From Magallana gigas (taxonomy: Eukaryota), in NCBI RefSeq assembly GCF_963853765.1, contig NC_088859.1, forward strand, positions 34,596,001 through 34,660,000: DNA of 64,000 nt. The letters run 5' to 3'. This document shows positions 21,490-34,342 of the stretch, piece by piece (the first letter of the stretch is position 1; each line of letters opens with the position of its first letter). The translations under genes and the position numbers were made by a program. Below the pieces are notes generated by a model, which saw only the letters and a list, made by a program, of their open reading frames with translations, ran no database searches and was not told where the DNA came from.

Positions 21490-22530
21490 AACAAGATGTA
21501 ATTATAATTAGGGCAATTATAAAGTCTCCCGAAAAAACGAGACCATCATTGGGGGTAGGGATGACCCACATGGGTCAAACTTTACAGACAAAAAGAGTAA
21601 AGACTTAAATATTTCTATTTGTGAAATTTCATGAGGTTCCCGGGTCGTCATTTACTGTAAGTCAAGTGAACCAACATGATCTAAGGAACAAAAATATACA
21701 TGGTTTAGGGAGGGGTGATATCAACCGTTTTTCAAGATATTTGGGCACTTCCTGTTCGAGGGGAGTCAGGACTACCCAAGGGGCTTATGACCTACAGACC
21801 ATTTGATGCCCCTTAACACAATGATCAAGAATATATGTGGTTTAGGGGGGGGGTGATATCAACCGTTTTCAAGATATTGGGGCTCTTCCCGTTCAAAGAG
21901 AAGTCAGGACCACCCCCGGGGCCCATGACCTAAATAACATTTTATGCCTCTTAACACAAGGAACATGAATATATATGGTCTAGGGGTGGGGATCTCAACC
22001 GTTTTTTAAGATATTGGGGCACGTCCTGTTCAAAGAGGAGTCAGGACCACCCCCAGGGCCTATGATCTACATACCATTTGATACCCCTTAACACAAGAAT
22101 CAAGAATATATATGGTTAAAGGGTGGTGATCTCAACCGTTTTCAAGATATTGGGGCACTTCCTGTTCGCTGGGGGTCAGGACTACACCCGGTTCCCATGA
22201 CCTACATACCATTTGATGCCTCTTAACACAAGAATAAAGAATATCTATGGTTTAGGGGTGGGGACCTCAACCGTTTTCAAGATATTGGAGCACTTCCTGT
22301 TTGAAAGGGGGGGGGGGGTCATGACTACCCCTTTGGCCCATGACCTACATACCATTTGATGCCTCTTGATATAAGGAATAACAATATATATGGTTTAGGG
22401 GTGGGGACCTCAACCGTTTTCAAGATATTTGGTCATTTCTATTTTCTGGAGGGTAGGGTTGACCCAACGGACGTCAAGATCTAATAAACTAAATCATATA
22501 TAATTACCAATAATTTATATGGTCTCCACT
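21490..22530. mobile_element. Helentron/HINE-like element carrying a ~137-bp tandem array (6 units, ~21690-22440)
   Basis: CAACCGTTTT..AAGATATT recurs at 21722, 21860, 21996, 22133, 22268, 22411; AACAAGA start; short subterminal inverted repeat GAGACCAT/ATGGTCTC. Family assignment is inference. Confidence 0.65.
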
Positions 22531-23087
22531 ATTATAAACGATTGTTGTTTACCTGGCATGAACTTCTGTGACTTTTTGTAACCTTACTCACCTGATCGAT
22601 GAATACACTTGAGAGGGAAAAATGTTGTCACATGATATGTTAAAGAGCTATTTAATGTATTAACTGGCATATTGGTAATTTCTCTAGTGTACTAAGGACC
22701 ACCCATTATTTTCATCTTTATTTAAAAGAAAACAAAAACAAATGGCTACAAACCAAGATGATTCTCAATTGCAATGTTTACTTACGAACAACGATACTTT
22801 AGATATCATAATTAAAATGTGTCAGAACTACAGAAACTGTTTAAAAGACATCGTTTTTATTTACTCTTGCTAATTACTATCAACATTGTTGTAGATTTCA
22901 GATAATTATTTGGGTAAGAAGGGGCCCCACAAAGTAGTTATCTGTAACACATCATTCTTTTAATTTTTTTGTATACAAGTATGTAATGTTTGGTAAGGCA
23001 TTTCTAATGTCAACCAAAATTTCAGCATCAGTCTTTGAATCATAAGAAAAACACAGAGCCAACAATTCTGCTAGGTTTCAGTCACAA

Positions 23088-23677
23088 ACACCTGACTTTA
23101 TATTTTTCTCATAATAAAAATATATACCGTATATTTAATAATACACAAGGTACCCATTGGCTCCATTTTGGATTTATGTCAATCTGTCACATAAGCTGGA
23201 AGTTCTGCATGAAACTCATCGGTAAAATTATTTTGCGACCCTCTCCGTCTCAAAAGGCTAAACGGTGGATAGAAGTTGACATAATTCCGGCATACTTTGG
23301 GTTATGCTTCCAAATATAGCATTGATACGAATATTCAAAAGACGTCAATTTTGAATTTGATCAAAATACAAGTTATATTCTGAAATATTGGAACAAACAC
23401 ACAGTGTAGGGAAATCTCATTTACATGTAGGCGTCAACTTCAGTACACCCTTTAGACATTTATCGCTTATCGTTTATTGGTTGTAAACTTAGATGTTAAA
23501 TGACTGATCGGGAGACGGAGAGGGTCGTAAAATAATTTTACCGATGAGTTTCATGCAGAACTTTCAGCTGATGTGACAGTTTGAAATAAATCCAAGATGG
23601 TAGCAATGGGTACCTTGTGTATATTTAGATTCAAGGTATTTATTTTTATTATGTGAAAAATATACAACTTCAGGTGC
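23088..23677. mobile_element. Foldback element with ~165-bp inverted arms
   Basis: 23088-23250 (CACCTGA...GAAACTCATCGGTAAAATTATTTTGCGACCCTCTCCGTCT) is the reverse complement of 23513-23677. Confidence 0.8.
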
Positions 23678-24329
23678 CTATGGTTTGTATATTGCTAATA
23701 ACTTGAAGCTTGACATTCAATTATGGTTAGTAAATAAAGAATTGTAAACAATAAAACAGAAAAAATGCACCATAACAAAGACAAATCACAATTTATTTTC
23801 CAAATCATACATACAGCTACATATATCCATCAGCGAAAATAATGTCTGTTTAGACTGAATAGATTCGAAAAAATGATAAGCATATTCACATAACACATTG
23901 CATAAATCTACCATTGCGCAGAGAATATACCGATTTACCAATTGCATGAATCGTCTTTTCACATGTTGTTGATGCATCAGATTTTGCTCATTTTGCGCAG
24001 GTAAACAATCAGCTGCCTGATTTAAGTTTATGTTTGATTCAATTCGTAAAAATTCCCAAATACAGGCGATGGTTTCCCAACCAAACCACAATGAAAATGA
24101 AACAAACTAAAACCACCGTCACAATTGAAAATGTCAACGCAATGAAATATTTAACCTCAATTTACTTCATATAATAATCGGCAGCAATATATCTTGCAAG
24201 TTTCAAACATTACCTTTGCGCGTGAACTGTTCCACAGCAAACAAATCAATCTTTTGCAAGAGTGCATCAAAAATGGCCGCTTCGAACAAAGAACCTCGTT
24301 TCCGAGATGGAATGTCATCATGTATGAAT

Positions 24330-24734
24330 CTGGAATAATGCACCCGAACTTATAAACCGATTAAACCCCCTTATTTTTTTCGCTATTACTCAAATTTGGA
24401 ACCAAATTAGCCCTTAATTTTTTCAATTTATATTTTCATTCCTATAGGGATGATTCATGCTCAATTACGTTGCATTTGACTCAGAAGTTCTTGAGAAGAA
24501 GATTTTTAAAAATGCACCACCCTTTTTCTACAGTTTTGAGGTTTTCTCCGCTTTGAATAAAGATCGTTCTTTTATTTCGGCAATTTATATTTGCTTTCCC
24601 ATAGGGATGCTTTGTGCCAAATTTTGTTAAAATTGGCTAAGCGGTTTTAGAGAAGATGTTCAAAATGTAAAAAGTTTACAGGCGGACAGACGGACGGACA
24701 GACGGACGTACGACGGACAAAATGTGATTAGAAT

Positions 24735-24767
<33 letters not shown>

Positions 24768-24768
24768 T
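24330..24768 (+). mobile_element. HINE/Helitron-N-like non-autonomous element
   Basis: (GACG/GACA)n microsatellite at ~24681-24718 followed by the 3' hairpin AGCTCACTTGAGC-TTTCA-GCTCAGGTGAGCT (24735-24765); 5' boundary approximate. Confidence 0.7.
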
Positions 24769-24899
24769 AAAAATAGTGAGTTCTATATCTCGCTTATTAT
24801 TCAATCGATTGACAGCTGACATCAATGTTTTGGTTAAAAAACAGAAATACCTTAGAAAATGATCGTCTCTTGTTGTTAGACGAAAAGTTTATCGGAATG

Positions 24900-25039
24900 C
24901 ATGCGCGGATCTAGAGGGGGGGGGGGGGGTCGGGAGGGTCCCGACCCCCCCCTGGAAAATGAAAATTTATTAAATTTACATAGACAAATTATCGCGAAAA
25001 TATGCCTCGGACCCCCCCTGGCAAACACAATTATCCTTC

Positions 25040-25073
<34 letters not shown>

Positions 25074-25076
25074 ATG
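24900..25076. mobile_element. MITE with 6-bp flanking duplication
   Basis: GGAATG|CATGCGCGGATCTAGA ... TCTGGATCCGCGCATG|GGAATG. Confidence 0.85.
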
Positions 25077-25397
25077 GGAATGTATAGAGTCTAAATAAGA
25101 TCCTTCTGGTTACATATAAAATGTGCATAGGATCTATAATAAGGAAGTTGAATCAGACAACTTTGCCATAGTAATTGTCTCACGGAAGAGTTTATAATAT
25201 ATGGAAACATTTTAGCTCTTGTTTGTTTCAAATATAGTAATCGATAACATATCACTTGTGTAATTTTACAATAAAACGTATAGAAAAACTTCCTCATTCT
25301 CAAAACTAAAAGAATAGTAAAGACACGCACTGTATAGTTGAGCAAGGTAAGGAAACTGTTTCTGTTGTAAGTTTGTCTACCCTAATTGAAATCATTT

Positions 25398-25465
<68 letters not shown>

Positions 25466-27154
25466 TCTTGCATGCATGTGTATATAATAGTAAATAAATA
25501 GAATATGACCAAGTTTATCTCTTTTCATTTGCATACTATAAATTTATAAAAAAAAAAAATATGCTTTAATTTTTCCAAATTGAAAAAATTCAAAATGATT
25601 TTAAAATGTCTCACAAATTTATTTTCGATTTAGTTTCGGGTTAAATATTTTAATAAAATAGTCCTCTTTTGTAGTTCAGGCGATTTCATTTGAAGTATAC
25701 ATTATCAAGGTGTCTTCTTAAATTTCTAAGGTCATTTGATTTTTTGAAGGTTTTTTATCCCCCTTTTCTCAAGTATGAGGTCTTATATCTCAAAAACGAT
25801 AAGATATAGAAAAACGTTTATGCTGACAGATTTGTACAACTTGACAAGATACATCTTATTCCAAAATTTGAATGCTCTAACTTGTAAAAACCGGAAGTCA
25901 CGGAACCGGAAGTCCACATCCTTACATACGCTTGTCATCAACAATTGCTTTAATACTTTTGCATAATTGTTTCATTATGTCTTTCCGTTTTCAAAAAATC
26001 GCTGACACAAATCCTGTCGAGAATAATAATAAAAAAAGACGAAAACAACAAGTATGTTCGATCAAAAGCCCTAATAATATATAAAACACCGGATATGAAA
26101 GTGGCAACTGCATCTTTGTATTAAATATAATACGTCCGAGAAAGAAAACTCGCGTCTGTGTAGGAGTCACAGTCACTCTTAGACAGACCGTTCACTGCGT
26201 CGGTTAATTTAAGTGCTTATTGCAGAAAAAGTACGTAATCTGCATCAGTTATTTATTTTTCTGCAACAATCGCTGCCTTCATAACTAGTATGAAACACAT
26301 AACGAAGCATTAAAATGTTTTCACTCCGACAACACTCTTTCTGAGTATTTCCGTGTAAGCAAAATAAAAAGTACGTTAATTGTCGGTGTTGATAAAAAAG
26401 GTTCATTAGCAAATTTTTCAATTTAACAATATAAAAGTGTTTCCTGCTTTCAGTTTTTATGTTCAATTTTCGATCGATCTAGATATAATTTTTCGCAAAA
26501 TCTACCTACCATGAAATAAGTACCTAATTTTAAGCGATAGTCTTGAATAAAAAGTGACATTTAAGAATTTAACACTTCTATATAGCTAGCTGAATAACAC
26601 GTATGAAAGCAGTTTGCCAAGTCCAAGTTGATAAGTTTACTTCCATACTACAATGAATATAAATTGTTTCCCATTATTGCTAATTTTGAATTTTATGATT
26701 CTATTTATAAATATCATATGCAGAGGACATCCATCAATTCAACGTAATGTTACTTACAATGGAATTGGCTGCTTTTATAGCTATACTTCAATTTTTCATC
26801 GGTTTCAAAATAGTTGAAGGTAAGATAGATTATATCAAAAGTAACCTCTAATGATTAAGTTTAATACACTTGAAATGTAAATTAAACATATAATAGAAGT
26901 GTATTAGTTTGTTAATTAAAAAAATGAAAATGAATGATCGACAAAGGTTAATAAAAAGAAATAGCTTACATGGTTTTGTTTTAATGCATTTTCACGTCGT
27001 GAAAGGCATTTAAAAAAAAAGAGATTGTTTCAAAAATACATTATATGCTTTTTGTACAATGCATGCATTTTTACGTCGTAAAAGGCAAATTTAAAATAAA
27101 GAGATTGTTTAGAAATGTTTTGACTACTTCATTGTGCTGTTGAATTCTAATAAG

Positions 27155-29520
27155 GTCAATGTGATAACAATGGTACATGTGTCTGTCACTGTGAAAACTG
27201 TATTTCCGGATGCATCACCTGTTTACCCGGATGGAGCGGATCTACCTCCAACTACTGTCAAAAATGTAGAGTATATAGAGTATTATTTTGAAATGCTATG
27301 TTCGGTGATAAATACAAGATTTTAAATACAAAGAATATATTCGATTACAAAACTTTTCAATATATTTTTATGAAATGACATTTTTTTTTAGCAAACACCT
27401 TTTTTCAATTAAATGCAACGGATAAACTCTTTGATGGTGATCTAAATACTTACCAAATGGCTGAAGGTCGAGTTCCATTTGTTCGAGTTCAATATAACTA
27501 TTCCACAGAAATTGATCAACTAGACATTACTGCTGTTCTTGGTATGATGATAAAAAAGGAATGATTTTAAAATGGCTTTCAAAATATTAGTGACAAAGCG
27601 TTTTATTAAATTCAATTTACATCTCTTGGTAGCAAATGGTATACACTACACAGTTTTTGTTAAGCAACTGCAATATACACGTGATGAGCTGGATATTTGC
27701 AGCAAATTTACATACAACAATAGAAGTATCAAGAAAACTGTTACAGTCATATGTAACCGACCACTACAAGGGAAATACATTGAAATTGTTGCCTCAAGTT
27801 CCACAGAAACAACTCTAAAAGTGTTTGAAATTGAGCGGTTTGGTAGGTTCAAAACATTTAAAATAGCCATTATATAGATACATATGAACTTAAACTGGTG
27901 TTGATTACTTAAGTCATATATGCTGAGAAGTATTAATATCTGAATTTAATAATTTATAAATGCGATTTAAAGTAAATCTTATGTCATGCATTGTCGTATT
28001 TCATTTGTATGATATTTTACAACACAAAATATATTTACTATTTATTTTGTCACTTTGTCCAACTGTAGAATGCTCGAATGGTACTTATGGTGTAAACTGT
28101 AGCAAAATTTGCTCGGACGGCTGTAACAAACAATGTGATAAAAATACGGGCGACTGTATTTGTAAAGGCGGTCGCTGGGGAAACTTTTGTAATCGGACAT
28201 GTCCTTCGTTTTGTGATAAAAACACGTGTAATTCTAATACAGGTGATTGTTTCAGTTGTATTTCTGGATATTATGGAGTGAGGTGTGACAAGAAATGTTT
28301 TTATGGATGTCAAGACTCTTGTAACATGACATCGGGATTCTGCGTGTGCAAACCGGGGTTCTATTCAACCAATTGCTCATTGCAGTGTCCAGCAATGTGT
28401 TTAAATAGCGAGTGTCATCAAGAAAAGGGAACTTGCCTGGCTTGCAGTTATGGAACATATGGCGACCGTTGCGAACTGAAATGTCTCGGTAATTGCAATG
28501 GTCAGTGTGATAGAAGAAAAGGCATCTGTGGAATTTGTGCCAAAAATAAGTACGGTACTTACTGTAATCAAACATGCCCTATAAATTGTGAAGCAGGTGC
28601 CTGTTTTAGGGATACTGGCAATTGTGAGAAATGTAAGATAGGTTACATGGGAGATATATGTAGTGAAAGCTGCCCGGATCATTGTGTGTATTGTGATCAA
28701 AACGGTTACAAATGTAAAAGTTGTGTTAATAAATGGTATGGTGTTAAATGCGAATTAGAGTGTCCTCCAAATTGCGGGGGAAATGGTTCCTGTATTATTG
28801 AAACGGGTATCTGCAATGTGTGTCCTGCTGGATACTTTGGGAAATCATGTACTCAGAAATGTAGTAAATTGTGTGACTCGAGCAACATTTGTGACCAGAT
28901 CACTGGACAATGTCGAAACTGCAAAGCTGGTAGGTACGGACGAGATTGTTCGGAACTTTGTAGAACTCAATGTATGAATTCAACATGCTTTAGTAATCAG
29001 TCATGTGTGTATGGTTGCGAAAATGGTTATGCTGGTGAACAATGCGAAATTAAATGTAGTGCTGTTGTTCTAAATTGTGTTCAATGCGATTTGGGGGACA
29101 ACGCTCCGATCTGCCGACATTGCGCCAATCAATGGTATCTGAAAGGAACAAATTGTTTCCAATGTCCCATAAACTGTTTTTCTTGTCTGTCAGGTGTGGA
29201 ATGCATGGAGTGCAAAAACAACTTTAACTATGGCAAGACTTGCAACTTAACGTGTAACACAGCCTGTATAAATAAGACATGTGATATAACGGGGATCTGT
29301 GAACACGGCTGTGACAACAGTAAGTACGGAAAGGATTGTGACAAGGATTGTATGAAACACTGTAAGACCTGCCTCAATTCAACAATGTGTTTGGAGTGTG
29401 AAGCTGGATATTTTGGGAAAACGTGTACAATGTGTTCAAAGATTTTTGATGGCAGCATCCGTGACCACGGTTGTCCAATTGGCTCTAAATCGTGTAGCAG
29501 TCTTGCAGTATGTTTAGAAA
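27155..29520 (+). CDS. Fucolectin(FTP)/F5-8C-like domain plus multiple EGF-like repeats (MEGF10/SCARF-like), partial; exons 27155-27265, 27392-27541, 27633-27842, 28069-29520
   Basis: All four exons are phase 1-1 with GT-AG and join in frame: GQCDNNGTCVCHCENC..., ...LFDGDLNT..., ...ICNRPLQGKYIEIV...LKVFEIE, then ~480 aa of Cys-rich GxYGxxC repeats. Start exon and transmembrane/terminal exons not found. Confidence 0.8.
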
Positions 29521-32500
29521 GTAAGCTAGTTTCTTTATTAATAATTTTTTTGGCCTCAATAATTTTTAGGTTGTGAAGATCTTTTGATTCATTGATATTT
29601 TTTGAAAAGGTTTAAACTCAATTCATTAATCTCAATATTTCTACACCAAGTCAGACTTTTTTCCAGTACTTGTATTTGATATACACAATGCAACACTGTT
29701 GATGATAAATTATTTTAAAGTATACTATAACAAGCAATCACAAAGGTTCACTAGCTCATATCATTACACATATACGTTTGCCATTTGTATAGAATTTGAC
29801 ATAAGCTGTATCCAATGCTTCAAAGAAGAATTTTTTGCTTATGCCAATCCCCTTAGGAAATGAAATCTGAAAGTCAAGATGATACCACTAGGAAGAATCA
29901 GACTCAATTGTTAAGAAGTTTCAGACAATTATGAAATAGCTTTTTTATGATCACAAGTCCAGGTTGACACTTATTGGTCGAAACCTTTTCAAAGTTAACT
30001 AGATGTGAACAGATTACACTGACGTATGTAACTGTAATGCATAAAAAAATAGACAATTACATGAATTCCAACCACAAAAATATATATATATATATATACA
30101 CTAAATGTAAGAATGAAAAAAAGTTTTAAAAAGCGAAATGGTGAGGCATGTGAGTAATGGTGAGTAAACATATTGTACGGGAGAAAGTAAATGAGGATCA
30201 GCGGCCTCGGACGGTATTGGTCCAAGCCCCTCGGGCTTGGGCCGATACCAACCGCTCGGGCTGATACCAGGGCCGAGATAAAAAAAAAATAGTGTGATAT
30301 TCTATATATATTCACTTTTGATTTGTCTGTATTTCATACACAAAAATCTTTTGTAAAGCTATTTGAACACTATTTCTAGATTTTAAAAATATTAATCATT
30401 TTAAAAGCAGCCCTTGTTTAAAAAATGTCGTAGTTAAAATAGAGTATATAATCGATATCTTCTGCGAAAAAATAATACATTCTTGTTTCTTTACACCTTT
30501 AGATTATTTTACAAATATGATTCACGACATTTTGATTATACATGAATTTACTTCGACTTATTTGATTCCGGTAAAATGCGTTTTAACTGTCTCTTATCTA
30601 AATTTCAATTTAAGTAGTTTGCTCCATATTAAGACATTTAAACCAGTTTAAGTGTTCCCTATACCGTTTTGATAAATGAACATAATTAAACCAACCTACA
30701 TGTTCAATTGATCTATGAATAACCGGAAGAGTCCACAGCATCTATATGTCTGTATGTGGTGCAAGTGGCTAGAAAAGGATAATCTTTTAAAATCCTGTAA
30801 TTGCACCAGCGGTTGTTCTGAAATCATTTAAATATTTACGTAAACCACGGAATTGTGTATTGTTACACCAATGTGAATTGAGAATCGTCTGAAGAGCCAA
30901 GATCATTGCTAATTTTTACATGTATTTACAGATGCGCCGCCTTAAAGCTATATTGGAGTCATCATTGTTCGTGGGAGACCAATGTTCGTGGCATTCGTGG
31001 GTAACCCTTGTACACGAATTTAAATCCCCACGAACGTGTATACAAGCATTTGTTAAGATTTTTTTTTACAAAATAGAATTTGCTACCGACGAAATCACGT
31101 CCCCACGAACCAGGAAAATTTTTGGCTACCCACAATCATTGATCCCCACGAATAAAAATGATTCCACAGTGTATCACATGTTTAACGAATGTTTACAACT
31201 AAGAATTGTTTGTGATTTTTCATCAAGCTACATTAGTTAGAAATTGTCTGCAAATTATACAGTTTAATTCAAACGAATTTAAAAGAATTTAATTACCTGA
31301 ATATGAGAGTGAGGTGAAAAGTAACGGATTAGTTAGACAACTTGTATCTTGACATTTTTCTTTCAACTCTATTTCTCCTTATCTCAGACTAACTCATCCT
31401 ACGATTATTAGACTACAGAGATTATTGATATTTCGGTATCTCTTAACTGACCATCGCCATGATAAACGCTAATCTATTCTTTTAATCCGCTGGTGTTATG
31501 AAATAACATTTTCTCTTTTAGACAGATAGTCAAACAAACTTGTAATCTTAAAAACATTTTCATTTTATCCTAATTTTATCCTAATTTTCAACACTTTCTA
31601 AAAGATACATCTGATTACTTTGATGAATATTTCTTTATCACTATTAAAACTTTAAATAACATTTATTTAGTTATTATTCTATCTATCACACAATTTTTAT
31701 TAAAGGGGGTGTTGAGGTGAAAATAAGTGGTATTATGTACATGTACGCATGCAGAATTCTTCTTCAGAGGCAATTATAATATTCGGGCCCGTCTAAAGAT
31801 CAACAGTATCTGTAGAGCAAAATCCTTGTGGGGTCAAGGGGACTAATCATTTGGAAGTTCTTAATTTTTTTTTAGATTTTAAATGGGCAATGTCACGATT
31901 TTTGTCAAATATTATTTTTTTCATTTTATATTTGTTAACAATGCTTAAGAAATTTATTTCTTATGATCAACAAAAATTTAAGTGGCAGTTGTATAGTTAT
32001 AGGCAAGATATATACAGAGCTAAAAGATTTTTGTTATGTAGACAAGGTTGGTGGAATGTTTTTGTTTACATGGGTTCAACTAACCGATAAAAGTAATTTT
32101 TAAGCACATGCTTCTATTTCCTAGTTTGTATTTAACATTAATAAACAAGTAATGCAAATTGCAACTCACGATAGACTTTTTTGTAACAAATCTTGTTTTT
32201 TAACAACAACTCGATGGTTCTCTCTCTCTCTCTCTCTCTCTGAAGCATTTTTCAAAATGGAGGTTGCAAGCCCCATAACCGCCCCCTTTTTATCCGCCAC
32301 TGAATACGCTAAGTAATTTTTAAAAAACAACAACTACGACTGTGGCATAAAGATCAAACAAAATGAAGAAAAGGTAATCCCGAAAATCATAGGTAAGTAA
32401 ACAGTGTATATCTCAAAACTTTTTTGAACTAGCGTTAACATTTTTACATTATGTACTCACTTCCTTGGCACTTAATAAAACATACAAGTGCGCATACCAC

Positions 32501-34342
32501 GACAGGACATAGCACTTTTTTGACCGGAAGTGAATGCACAGACCTGGCTGGAACATAAATGTACGTTGTTATATGGTATTTATAACCCTGCAAAAGATCA
32601 CCGGTAAGTATATAGAAATCATTATGCCATTCAGTCTGTTTGTCTGCAACCTTTTTTTTTTTAAAATAACGATGTCCTGCAAACTTTAATTGTTTTAATT
32701 GTAAATGGATTCGTACTGTTTATTGTTTCGTAATTACCAACATACGTGTACAATGAATACACAAAAGTCATTTATTGTAGTAAACATTTCATTACAAATA
32801 TTACATTAAATTCATTACATATAATGTAAATGCATGAGAAGCTTAAAAAACATTCAAGTATGATTAATTACAGATGGATTCGATTGTTTTGCTACATGTA
32901 CTTCAATTATTCAACATTTTTTATATTACCCAAGGTAAGACCGCCTGACAAACTCAACTATTAACAAAATAAAGTGAATATTTTTATAGAAAAGTAATTA
33001 AAAATTAATTAGTTTGCATGACCATTTATTGGCAAGTGTAACGAAAAATGTTGACCCATGTTAAAAACTGACACAGGAGTGTTTTTTAACGTTGAAAACT
33101 GAGACCAAAAGTCGTTGAAATAATACTCGGGGTCATTTTTCAACAGCTTGATTTTTTTCTAATCTCATAATCTTTACCCGTTGAAAAATGGCCTTGTTGA
33201 AAACTGACCCCAACTACGTGTACACAGTTTTGAACTGTCTTTAAACTGAAATTTAAGGTGGTATTGAACATTTCTTAGGCACTAGATATAACAATTTCTT
33301 TAACGGAATTTTGAACTGTAATAAATATACAGAGGGGGACTGCGCCTAATAGCAACATTTACGCATGATCATCTACTTAAAGCAACAAGAGCTTCAATTT
33401 TTAATGCATTAAAAAACTGTAATTTAGTGACCAAAAAATAGTAATAAAATCGATGTAAAAAAAAGTAAAAAAAATCTATTTAGAGTTTTAAATTTAAGCA
33501 AAATTACATAATTTTTATCATGTACAACAGTTATATTGCTATAGATTAAAAAAATATCTCACAAGTTGACTTAAATATCTCACAAGTCAACATAAATATC
33601 TGACTACAGATAAAACTATGCTTCCATAATAAACAAACCGAAGATAAACTTTATAAAAAAAATTTGAAGATTACTCTTTACAATCAATCATATGCATGGC
33701 ATTGCATTCAGCTTGCATTTCCCTTTCTTCTGCGCCTGTCAAACAGTAACCGATGCTGTTGTTTTTTCTGTGGTTTCAGCGCACTGTTTAATTCAGACGC
33801 AACTCATGATTAAATACCGACAATGCATTATTCACAATTTTTTGCCAATGTGCAGACAGAATGTAAGTTTCTTTTCACGTCCCTTAGAGTTTTCTAATTT
33901 ACTGAGTCGCTGGACCGAGCAGACGTGTTTTTCACAAAGCATTTTTTGAAGGTAAAGTTAGAAGTAAAATTCTCTTATCATTATTTAAAAACACTAGATT
34001 TTGTGAACTGCATATTTTTTTTGTACTTGTAAATGCACTAAATTAATAAAATATTTTTATGTTGCACGTGACACTGTTTTTTTTTAGAAGAAAATATATA
34101 AATCATATATGAATGATAAATTCATGTACAAGTTTAATAGTGAACAAAAACGAATCAGAATCCTTGCTTATAACAGGACACTGTCATAAGATATACACAT
34201 ACTACATCGTCCGGTTTTCTAAGAATAGTTGATGACCGACTGTGTTCATCTTTGTTTAACACGTCATTAAAAAACAGTTTGAATTCAATCAATAATTTTA
34301 ATAATGATTTTTAAATTTTAAGTTTCAGTGACAAAGCTCCAG

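Noticed and set aside
27960-28068. N-terminus MRFKVNLMSC... of the 538-aa ORF and its C-terminal KLVSLLIIF... tail
   Set aside because: Intron read-through: acceptor at 28067-28068 and donor at 29521 define the exon.
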